From contig CM059453.1 of the NCBI GenBank assembly GCA_030390025.1, positions 6,092,982 through 6,140,000 on the forward strand: a DNA stretch of 47,019 bases. Direction: 5' to 3'. This document shows positions 1 to 10,200 of the stretch, piece by piece. Every line of letters starts with the position of its first letter. The first letter of the stretch is position 1. The notes beneath the pieces are model-generated. The model was not told the DNA's origin. It worked only from the letters and a program-made list of their open reading frames with translations, and ran no database searches. This DNA is from Squalus acanthias. Its lineage: Eukaryota. The position numbers and the translations under genes are program-made.

Positions 1-169
1 CTCCACCTACCCTCCCACCAGAAGTACAAACTGTATGGATTGAATTTTGACCTGCCGGTCTGCATCGCTCAATACAACATCCCGCGTTGCACTTAAAACT
101 TATTAATGACAGCGTGACTGAGCACTTGGAGAAATTTGAGCTGAATAGGGAGAGTAAAATGGACTTGTA

Positions 170-1250
170 AAGGGCAGGTCATTTTTAAAAACTTACTGAT
201 TCGTTTTGACGAAGTAACTAAAATATTAGACAGGGGAATGTTTATGGAAATGGTTTACATGCACTTCTAGAAGGCATTTGATAATGTTCCACAGAAATGT
301 CTGTTAGCTAAAAATAAAGTTTTCGAATTGAAGGCAAATTGTTACCTGGTTAGGGAATTGGTAAGGCTTCATGAGACAGAGAGTAAACATAATGCGCATG
401 TTTTCGATTTGGAAGGAAATGACGAGAGGTGTCCCACTAGGATCTGTGCTTGGACCTCTACTACTCACCCTATTCATACTGACATAGTAGGTACTGTAGG
501 CAGGAGCATAAAATTACAATGTGAATTTTATATATTAAGTGAGAGAGAAAAATTGTGGCAGATATATATAAAGACAGGTAAGTGTGAGATCATCCATTTT
601 GGACAAAATTTTATGGATACGAGTATTTATTAAATGATGAGAAAATAGGAACAGTGGCGTTCCAAAGAGATTTAGGGGTCCATGTACACAGACTACTAAA
701 ATGTGAGTTATAAAAGCTGTTGAAAATGGCCCATGGGATTTTAGCCTTTTTAGCTGGATGGTTAGAATATAAAGGGGTAGAAGTTTTGCTACAGCTAAAC
801 GTTGCCCTGCTTGGACAACATTTGGAGTGCTGTGTATAGTTCTGGGCCCCCTCACCCTAGCAATGTTATATTACCCTTGGAAGGTGTGCAGCGCAATTTG
901 AAAAGAATTGACAGGGTAGATAGAGAGATACGTTTTCATCGAATGGGGAATCTAGGATAAGGGGAAATGACCTTAAAATCAGAGAGAGAGCACATTCAGG
1001 AAAGAAGTTAGAAAACATTTCCTCACAGAAAGTGTGGTCGAAGTGTGGAACTCGCTCCCGCAAACAAAATAGATTCTAGCTCAATTATTAATTTTACATC
1101 TGAGAACAACAGATTTTTGCTAGCCATGGGCATGAAGGGATATGGAGCCAAACCAGATGTAAATAGTTAGGATGCAGATCAGCTATGATCTTCTTAAATG
1201 CTGGAACATGACCAAGGGGCTGAATGTCCTACTCTGGTTCCTTTGTTCCT
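170..1250 (+). mobile_element. Degraded CR1 LINE, RT region to 3' end
   Basis: Frameshifted FDEVTK..KAFDNVP and KCEIIHFG motifs; 3' tail gatcagctatgatc...gaatgtcctactctggttcc. Confidence 0.8.
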
Positions 1251-1624
1251 GTTATCTCTGCCCCACCCCGCCAAACTTCATGCAAATAATTATTAATTTC
1301 CAGCACTGGTTTTTTTCTGTTCTGTATGGTGTACTTTTGAATATAACTTAACTAAAAATGGAAATACTTTTGCTTCGCGTTCTGTAATTTACAGCAATAT
1401 CCAGTCTGGTAAAGGGATATATGCACAGGTTCAGGTCACATTTGTTTTTACTAGTCACTGGTGAAGGTGCGTGTGTCCTGACCAAGGGCCCAGTTACAGT
1501 TAATTTACATCAGCTTTGTAAAGTGTGCTAAAACGTAGGGTCAAGATGGATTTCCTATTCACTGGACAAATGATCACTGACCAATCTGATTAATGTTGTC
1601 TAATGTAATGATGACTTCCCGCAA

Positions 1625-1850
1625 CTAGCTTCCAGTTCGATTTTGGCTGACTAGATTAGGAATGTGTGCTCAGATTGTGAGCCCAGCTTGGGTTAGAATG
1701 CATAGACTCAGAATGTTAGCTCAGCTACGGGGCTTTCGGTTAACTTACAAGCTTAGGAATGTGCGTTCAGATTCAAGGACCAGTTTGGTTTTACTGACTA
1801 GATAAAGAATATGTGCCCAGACTGAGAGCCGGTTTTGTTTAGAGATGTAA
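1625..1850. repeat. Degenerate ~55-bp tandem repeat (cccagtttg...ttaggaatgtgtgctcagatt); further copies at ~3470-3550 and ~4430-4775
   Basis: The (g)cccagttt...ttag...tcaga motif recurs at similar spacing. Confidence 0.6.
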
Positions 1851-1859
1851 GTTCGAACA

Positions 1860-2290
1860 GAACGGAGGCCGTTCAGTGGAACGGAAGTGATTCAAGGGGA
1901 AGAAAGTGGTTTAGTTGGAAAGGCAGAGGGTTTTCTGGGGTAAGGGTGCAGGTTCGAGCGGTGAAGATGGGGCGGGCCGGCGGTCTCACTTATCCCGCGG
2001 TTTAAATATGCACCCGACCCGACCCCGCGTGCCTGCCTTTCCCCCGGTTCCAGGTGCCGGTTGAACGGAGGAAGTGACGGCAGGCGTCCCTTCCCACAAA
2101 GCAACCCGGCAGAAAAAGAATAAGCTGCACTCTGGGAGGACGAATCATATGATCCCGTGAACAACGAGGGAGCCGGCGAAGGGAGGGAGAGAGTCAAATT
2201 GAGGTGATGAGGAGTATTGGCAAGATGACAGAGAGGGGGAGGGGCAGAGCTAGCGGCGGCCTCGTTGGCTATCGCGTCTATGTGTTCAGG
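1860..2290. promoter_or_regulatory. CpG-rich island-like segment with ETS (CGGAAGTG, GAGGAAGTG) and GC-box motifs
   Basis: Locally high CpG/GC content in an AT-rich background; the motifs are visible but no gene can be assigned. Confidence 0.3.
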
Positions 2291-2917
2291 TCACTTTCTG
2301 TTAACACCAAGATCACCACCCCCAAACCTCTCCCTCTTTTTAAAACTCCCATTTTCACATACATGTAAAACCCTATTTGTAACTCCCCCTTCGTTCACTC
2401 CTTAATAAATCCCCATTTCAGCCCCATATGTACCTCTTTTGGAGCCTACTTTTCACCTCGTTTTTAAATCCCTTATCAATCCCCCTTGTGAAACCTCTTT
2501 TAAAACCCGATTTAGGTTCATTTTTTGAGGCACCGAGAAAGTGCCACGGCGTATGGGAGACAGCGAGAGGGAGAGAGAGCGGCAAAGATTGAGAGACAGA
2601 GAGAGAAGCATAGAAAGAGATGGGGGGTGGGTGCGTGGGGGGCAGAGTTTGTACTGTAGTTACCAGGACTTATTGCGCTCTACATAGAAACGAGGTTCTC
2701 ACGCCTCTGCTCTGGAGCTGTAACGCTGCACGGTGCAAACAAACCCACCTCGGAGCAGCCACATCGAAAGAGAACAGTGTGTGAGACACCGAGGATGCAT
2801 CATGCTAACTGTCAGTATTGAGCCGATACTGGGACTCGGCTCTAAAAACAAATCCCTAAACTACTCAATAAAACCAAGCTTGGCTCTGGAAATGAACACA
2901 CATCCCTGTGTGTGTGC

Positions 2918-3108
2918 AGGATGCGGTTCCTCTTCCTGCCCTGGGGAGGCGGTGAGTGTGGGGTGGGTGCAGTTCCTCCTGCTCTCCTGGGGCGGCGCTT
3001 TGTAATGGGTGGGTGCAGTTCCTCCTCCTGTCCTGGGGCGGCAGTTTGTGTGGGGAGTGTGCAGTTCCTCCTCCTGTCCTGGGGCGGCGGTGTGTGTGGG
3101 GAGTGTAC
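2918..3108. repeat. ~46-bp minisatellite, ~4 copies (gtgcagttcctcctcctgtcctggggcggc...)
   Basis: Units start at about 2967, 3013 and 3059. Confidence 0.85.
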
Positions 3109-3552
3109 AGTCACGTAAACCAGAATCGGGGCTGGATCTGAAAGACGATCCCTAATCATTCAGTATAAACCAAACTGGACTTTAAAATTCTGAAAGGCGT
3201 TTGATCGGATTGATCTAGAGAAGATGTTTTAGATTGTGGGAGGTAACATAACTCAGGGCCATTAATATAAGATGGTCTTCAATAGTGAATTCAGCATCAA
3301 CCTCTTTACATAGAGAATGGTTCCAATCTGGAACCGCATCATAATGTTAAAGATCTCAGCTAGTGAAATCTTCAGCCTTCTCTTTCCTAGAGAAAAAAGG
3401 ATGAGAGTGTGTTTGAGAGAGTGAGTGAGTAACAGAGAGTCTGTAACAGAGAGATAGAGGGAGGTGGGATTCGCGTTCAGACCCAGGGCCCAGTTTGATT
3501 TTGCAGATTCGTTTGCGGAATTGTGACAGAATAAGGGCCCAGTTGATCTTAG

Positions 3553-4428
3553 ATCATAGAATTTTAGAATGGTTACAGCACAGAAGGAGGCCATTCGGCC
3601 CGTCGAGCCCTTGCAGGCTCTGTGCAAGAGCACTCCAGCTAGTCCCACTCTTCGCCCTTTCCCGGCAGCCCTACATTATTTTTCTTTCGGGTATTTATCT
3701 AATTCGTCTTTGAAAGTCACGATTAAATCTACCTCCACCTAAATTTCAGGCAGTGCATTTCAGATCATAACCACTCGCTATGTAAAAAAGTTTTTGCTCA
3801 TGTCGCCTTTGAACCTTCTGTCAATCACCTTAAATAGTTCTCCTCTGGTTCACGACACTTCAGCTAATGGGAACAGTTTATTTCTACCTACTCTGTCTCG
3901 ACCCCTCATAATTTTGAATACCTCTATCAAATCTCTCAATCTTCTCTCCTCTAAGGAGAACAACCCAAATTTCTCCAGTCTATACACTTAACTGAAGTCC
4001 ATCATCCCTGTTATCATTCTCGTACTTCTATTCTGCACCCTCTCTGAAGCCTTCAGATCCTTCCTAAAGTGTTGTGCCCAGAATTCGACACAATACTCCA
4101 GTTTTGGACGAGCCAGTGTTTTACAGAGGTTCATCATAACATCCTTGCTTTTCTACTCTGCCTCCATGTATGAAGCCCATGATCCCGTAGGCTGTTTTAA
4201 CTGTTTTCTGAACCTGCCCTGCCACCTGAAACGATTTGTGCACATATATTCCCAGGTTATATATACCCTCTTCAGAATTGTAAAATTTTGTTTATATTGC
4301 CTGTCCTTATCTTCCTACCAAAATGTATCACTTCGCACTTTTCTGCGTTAATATTCATCAGCACGAGTCCACCAGCCTGTATATGTCCTCCTGAAGTCTA
4401 TCACTATCATCCTCACTCTTCACTATAT
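3553..4428 (-). mobile_element. CR1 LINE 3' fragment
   Basis: Reverse complement of a CR1 3' end (atcatagaa...ggaggccattcggccc...) followed by ORF2 C-terminal sequence. Confidence 0.8.
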
Positions 4429-4774
4429 TGATTCGTTTAGTGCTGTGTTTTCAGATAGAGGGCCCAGTTTGCTGTTAGTGATCAGTTTAGAGATGTGTGT
4501 TCGGATCCAAGCCCAGTTTTGTTAGATTCACTTGTTTAGGGATCTTTATTTAGATCCAGGGCTCAGTTTGGTTCTAACGACGAGTTTACTGAGGAATTTA
4601 CAGACAAGGGCCCAGTTTGATTTAGGCTGAATAGTTTAGGGATTTTGGTTCAGATTCAGGCCCCGGTTTGATTTTGGTGGCTCATTATGAGATGTGTGTT
4701 CACTTCCAGGGACAAGATTGGTTTTATTCTCTTGTTTCAGAAAGGCGTGTTTAAATCCGAGGCCCAGTTTGTGA

Positions 4775-5240
4775 TTAGAGGGCTGTCCTCCGATGAGAGA
4801 TTGCGTAGAATGTGTCTATACTCTCTGGAGTTTAAAAGAATGAGTGGTGATCCAATTGATACATTCAAGATTCTGAAGGGGTTTGACAGGGTCGATGCTC
4901 AGAGGTTGTTCCCCCTGGCTGTCGTGTCTAGAACTAGGGGGCATAGTCTCAGGATAAGGGGTAGGCCATTTAAGACTCAGATGAGGAGGAATTTCTTCAC
5001 TCAGAGGGTTGTGAATCTTTGGAATTCTCTGCCCCAGGGGGCTGTGAATGCTGAGTCTTTGAGTATATCCAAGGCCGAGATAGATAGATTTTTGGACTCT
5101 AGGGGAGTCAAGGGATTACGAGATCGGGCGGGAAAGTGGAGAGGAGGTCGATGATCCGCCATGATTTTATTGAATGGTGGAGCAGGCTCGAGGGGCCTTA
5201 TGGCCTACTCCTGCTCTTACTTCTTATGTTTTTATGTTCT
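4775..5240 (+). mobile_element. CR1 LINE 3' fragment
   Basis: ORF 4687..5154 has LYSLE..RM.GD.I.TFKILKG.D...TRGHSL...RRNFFTQRVVNLWNSLP; tail ggcctactcctgct..ttcttatgtt. Confidence 0.9.
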
Positions 5241-5640
5241 TAACACTGACGGTTCAGATTATGCATCCTCTGTGTCTCTGTGTCTCACCCAGTGTTCTCT
5301 TTTGTTGTGCTTGCTGCGAGTTAGGTTTGATAACAACCAGTGCCAGTACAGTATAAACATGCGCAGCTCCTATCTATTCGGAGCCCAATTAGTTGCGGTG
5401 ACTGCAGCTCAAAAAGCCCTGCCATCTATGACGTCCTTGGTTGCAAATAACTTTGGAACTTGAGCCAGAAAAGTTGTGGTCAGGCCGCATCCGCTTATAG
5501 CCTGTGCTGTATTGAAAGGTCTTGTTGTGTTTGCAGCTGTATGTTTGAACAGAAATGTAAATTGAAAGCACGCAGCATCCATATTAATAATACATCTACG
5601 TAATGAATAATACCCGTTAATAATGACCTCCTTATTAATT

Positions 5641-5720
5641 TGTCAGCCGTGGCTCATTTGGAAGCAATCCCGCCTCTGAGTCCAGAAGTTCTTAAGTTCA
5701 AGCCCCACTCCAGAAACTGG
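5641..5720 (+). mobile_element. Isolated tRNA-derived head of a SacSINE1-like SINE
   Basis: tgtcagccgtggctca...gcctctgagtccagaag...gttcaagccccactccaga matches the head of the full copy at 36656. Confidence 0.6.
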
Positions 5721-5899
5721 AACAGGGGGCATTTCTACAACGTCACAAACGGGGTGGGACTCTTGGGAAAGGAGACATTATTTATCTTCTCTGATTGGTC
5801 AGTGAGGATGACGTGACACCAATCTAATTAAAATTAACGGAAGTGTCCCTTTTTAACGCACAGACAAGATCCAAATTGTAAGTAAATATAAGGAGAAAC

Positions 5900-6195
5900 G
5901 TTGTTAATGTATGGCATCGTTGGCCGTGTCGACAATGCATTCTCGTCCCTCCGGTGTCCACCGGTCGCGGAAGGTTTCAAGCATACCGGCAATCACGTCA
6001 TGGTCCCACTCCACCGACTCCCGAACGTGGACATAGCCGCGGATGGGATCCAGGCAGTCGAATCAAATGATCCCCTGGACCGGGTGCTGCCTGGACCTGT
6101 GAATGGCCACCTTGGGCAGGCCCAGGAGCATACCCACGAGGAGGTCCTCCGACTTCCTCATCCCCCTCCGCTCCGGGTGGCCAATGAGAATTGCT
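5900..6195 (-). mobile_element. Tx1/L1-clade LINE ORF2 C-terminal remnant
   Basis: The minus strand translates, with disruptions, to ILIGHP...EDLLVGMLLGLPKVAIHRSRQ...DCL...RGYV...LETFRDRWTPEGRECIV...*, resembling the end of Tx1-type ORF2 in cartilaginous fish (from recall). Confidence 0.6.
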
Positions 6196-6502
6196 GCGTA
6201 TCCCGACATTGATCTGTTTTGGCCGAACCTATTGCGTCAATCAATTTTATCTGTGTATGTTCCAGCAATATTTGCATTTTCGACGAAAACCTCAAGACTA
6301 TTTCACACGTCCCTGACCTCACACCGAAATCTCAACAAAAAACTGAAGCAAATAGGATAGAACCTGGTTTAATTTCGGAAAAGTTAGAGAGCTTTAGAGT
6401 GATATAAAGAGTTAAATCAATTCGAAAAAATGCTCCTCTCTCTGACGTCGCAGATGCAGACGAAAGTGACGAAACCACATGTCTGCAGACTGCAGAAACC
6501 TG

Positions 6503-6768
6503 ACTAACTGTAATGACACCTCTTCAACATACAGCTCGCATTAGCTGCTGCAACCAAACTAAGTGTATTGACACCTCTCCAAAATTCAGCTCGCATAAAA
6601 TTGTTGCAAACAAACAAATTGTATTTACACCTCCCCAACATTCACTCGCATTAGCAGCTGCAAGCAAACTAACTGTAGTGACACCTCTCCAAAATTCAGC
6701 TCGCGTTAGCTGCTGCAACCAAACTAATTGTATTTACACCTCCCCAACATTCAGCTCGCATTAGCTGC
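6503..6768. repeat. 55-bp minisatellite, ~5 copies (actaactgtantgacacctctccaacattcagctcgcattagctgctgcaaccaa)
   Basis: Units start at about 6503, 6558, 6614, 6668 and 6723. Confidence 0.9.
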
Positions 6769-6997
6769 CAGGAAGCTGAATAAGTGTGAAATGTGAGTCA
6801 GAGGCGTCTGCAAGCGTGGGCGGTGACCTTCTGACGCAGATTCCAACATATTATGTTCAAAAATAACAGGGTATTTATTGTAAGTGTGTTTATGTGAGAG
6901 AGAGAGAGATGCTGCTTCTATAGTATGCATTGTTTAGCAACTGTTCGACATACCATACCATCATATTCAGTAACAGTCGGTTAGACGCAGTCGATTA

Positions 6998-7009
6998 ACA
7001 GGATGTGGT
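6998..7009 (+). promoter_or_regulatory. ETS:RUNX composite element ACAGGATGTGGT upstream of gene A
   Basis: Exact match to the RCAGGATGTGGT composite, 210 bp before the ATG. AP-1 TGAGTCA at 6794-6800 and RUNX AACCACA at 6473-79 are nearby. Confidence 0.4.
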
Positions 7010-7218
7010 AGTTGCCCACCTCTCCAACGAAGCTGAGTGAGTAAGCACTGTTCCTACAGTTCGGTTGATACAGACTAGCGGACTTTTCCCGATAATCTGA
7101 CGAAGATTAGCAAAGAAATCCAAGATATGGCAGGCATGAAGAATGCAGAAACCTGAATGGGCTCGATTGTGGAATTGATTCTTCATTTTGAGAGTGACAT
7201 CTACAACAGGTTCCAGTC

Positions 7219-7261
7219 ATGAGGGGTTGCTTGTTTGCTTTTCTCATGATATTAACAGATG
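7219..7261 (+). CDS. Gene A signal-peptide exon (MRGCLFAFLMILTD/V)
   Basis: ATG at 7219, hydrophobic core, phase-1 donor G|GTAAAT at 7262; joins the V exon in frame to give MRGCLFAFLMILTDVVCSAQ. Confidence 0.8.
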
Positions 7262-10200
7262 GTAAATTTATATTGTTTTTAATAATTTTGGAAAAGTTGA
7301 TTTATATCTTTTGGGTAAGGAACTGGAAAATACCGAATATAAATGATTTTTGGTGATTGATTTTAAAACTGGTGAATTAGGAATTTCATGATTGTTCAAC
7401 ACACCCCTTGTTGGTGTATTATTGTGTTTGATTACCTATTCAATTAATATTTAAATATATGACTTTTCCGTAATATTTATTAATATTATAATGCACATTT
7501 AAGAACATTTTAATTCATATTTATTCAAAATGCAAGGGAGAATCAATAGATTTTATATATATATATAGATGAATAATTCAATATTTATTTAATGTGTTTT
7601 TATTGGGCATTGGCTTGTTTGTTAACGGGTATGTATTTGGTTTTTAGATGAGTATTAAATATGTATATTATTGGTTCATAAATCTCCTACCAAATAGGTA
7701 TTCCAATAAACATTTTAATACATGTTGTGATTGGTATTGAATGAGTATTTTAAATGATTTTGAAAAGGCCTTAACTGATACTTAAATTGTGATGGGCGCT
7801 TTTTTTATTCACCATGGGATGTGCGTGTCGCTGGCGAGGCCAGCCTTTATTGCCCATCCCTAATTGCCCTTGACAAGGTGGTGGTGAGCTGCCTTCTTGG
7901 ACCGCTGCAGTCCTTGTGGTGAAGGTACAAACATACTGCATGTTTGTCAATTAACACGTACTTTAATGGAACGTTAAGATGTTGCAAAGCATTTTAAATA
8001 GAATCTGACATGGGTTCTCATGTTTCTTTCTCTCAGTTGTTTGTAGTGCTCAATGCTCTGTGGTGATGCCAAAAGTTGTGTCGGCGGTTTTGGGTTCATG
8101 TGTAGAGATCCCGTGTACATTTGATAATCTCGTCTATTACACCAACCCAAGCGGGACGTGGATAAAGTTGGGCCCTGGTCCTGGAAACCGCGGTGTCTCC
8201 ATTATCTATGATTCTAAACATCCACACAGGAAGCATTATAACTATCGTGGAAGAGCTGAGTTTAAGGGCAACATTGCAGCTGAACAATGTTCCCTCCTGA
8301 TAAAGGACATCAGGAAGAGTGATGAGGGTACATATCAACTCAACTTGAAATTCCCTTTGAGCATCTATACTAAAAACATCGCACTGACGATGCTCAAGTC
8401 TCTCTTTCTATTTCGGGTGAGTTTTCCCTTGGTTCCTTTCAGTACATTTTCACTCCAGTGCTTCAGTCTGATTCAACCTATGTGCAAAGTGGGCACATTT
8501 TATAAAGTCGCTGGCCGATCTCAAGGGGTAGTTGAAACAGAGGGTGCAAGGATACTGATAATGGACGCAGTGGTTCATATCCTAAACACAGCAGTATCTA
8601 GACATTACAGCTGTAAAACAGGCCGTTCGGCCCTGCCAACCGTGTGGCTGTTTATCCTTCATATGAGCCACACTCCGAATCGCATGTGTCTGCTCAGTTC
8701 CCACATCTCTGTATTGCAAATCCCTTCAATCACCTGTCGAACCTATTCTGAAATGTTCACATGAGGATGGAGGTGCAACTTTTTGATGGGACGCAAGACT
8801 GACGATGTTGATCTACACCTGAAATAGAAATCAGTTGCTCATTATTTCCAGACCCGGACGGCAAGTTCAAATTCTGCCTCAGTCTGGTTCTATCCCCTTT
8901 GTCCCGTTGCTTTATAAGTTTAAGCACTGCAGTTAAATCATCCCAAAATCTGTTGTAGCCCAATGAGGTCTGGCTCCAAATTTAAAAGCTTCCTTGGTGT
9001 TGCTCGTTCCTCATACCAGCCAGAAACCACGCGAATCTGCCATGTAGCGACCCCATAGACTTGAGTCCCAAACAGACATTCTTATTCCATCTGTGAACTA
9101 ACTGCGGTTCTCTTTAGAATCTTGACTTTTATATTTAACATCACTTGCCATTAAACGCAGGACTCCAATAACATTTTCATGCCCGTTTCCACTGACGGTG
9201 CTGCTTCACATTCTTATGACCCTGGAGCCCCAAATTTCCCCTCTATTCCACATCACCCAGCTTTCCACCGTTCAAACTACTATCTACCATCTCATATTCA
9301 CTGACACTGAGTTGTATGTGCCTCATATTTCCCCATTCTGCTCTCTCGCTCCATGAACCCTTTGGAACTCCCTTTAGTACTCAGAGTTATTTACTGGGAG
9401 ACGTAATTTGAAGTTTTGCTCGGGTGTCAAACTGGCGATATAGGATGAGTCTTTCATTTGTCAACACCCCATATTTCCTTTTCTGTGTAATGCAATGGAA
9501 AGTAAAAACAGTCGGGTTTGTATAATAGGAGTACGATGAGATATTGCCAGTTTTACACCATTTTCATTTGTTAACCTTAATCCCCTACTTCTGCTAGTAA
9601 TTACTGTCGGGACATTTGGACAACACTATCTCCAGCGCTATACACAAATAATCTATGTACAAAGTGAATAGAAGCATTTAATTAACTCAACCTTTTGGGA
9701 CACCGTCCTCAGTTACCAACCATTCTGAGCAACTGCACTTAACGGCGACTCACTATCATCCCTTCCAAACAGTTGTATTGCAATTTCTGCCTTATCCTTA
9801 ATTCCAAACTTTTCCAATGATCTTCTGTATTTACCGTCGTTAATGTCTTGCTGGTTACATTTCTATTTACTTTTGTGTGAAGCGTTTTAGGACGTTCCGA
9901 AAACTTTAAACGCACTTAATAAATGCAGTCTTATTTCTTGCCTTTCCCTATTCAGAGCTCAGTTACCCCGCTTTTAATTAGATCTGAATTCCAAAGTACA
10001 TTTTACAGTTATGCGAAAGTGAGTTAAAATTATGATATATTTGTTCATTCTGATCCCACGTCACCAACATGCTATTTCTCCTGAAGCTTTCATGAGATTT
10101 ACACGCGAGGTATCTGCTGTGTTTCTCAAGCACAATCTATGTTACCTGTCGTTTTCAGTTCTGTTCATTTCTTGAGCATCATCTTTCTATATTGACCTTT

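Noticed and set aside
6503-6768. CRISPR-like array
   Set aside because: Eukaryotic context, contiguous 55-bp units with no unique spacers; it is a minisatellite.
8060-8764. 234-aa ORF as a stand-alone or secreted V-domain gene
   Set aside because: It lacks the leader, runs through a strong GTGAGT donor at 8417, and its 3' half is intron read-through in the shifted frame with no domain features.
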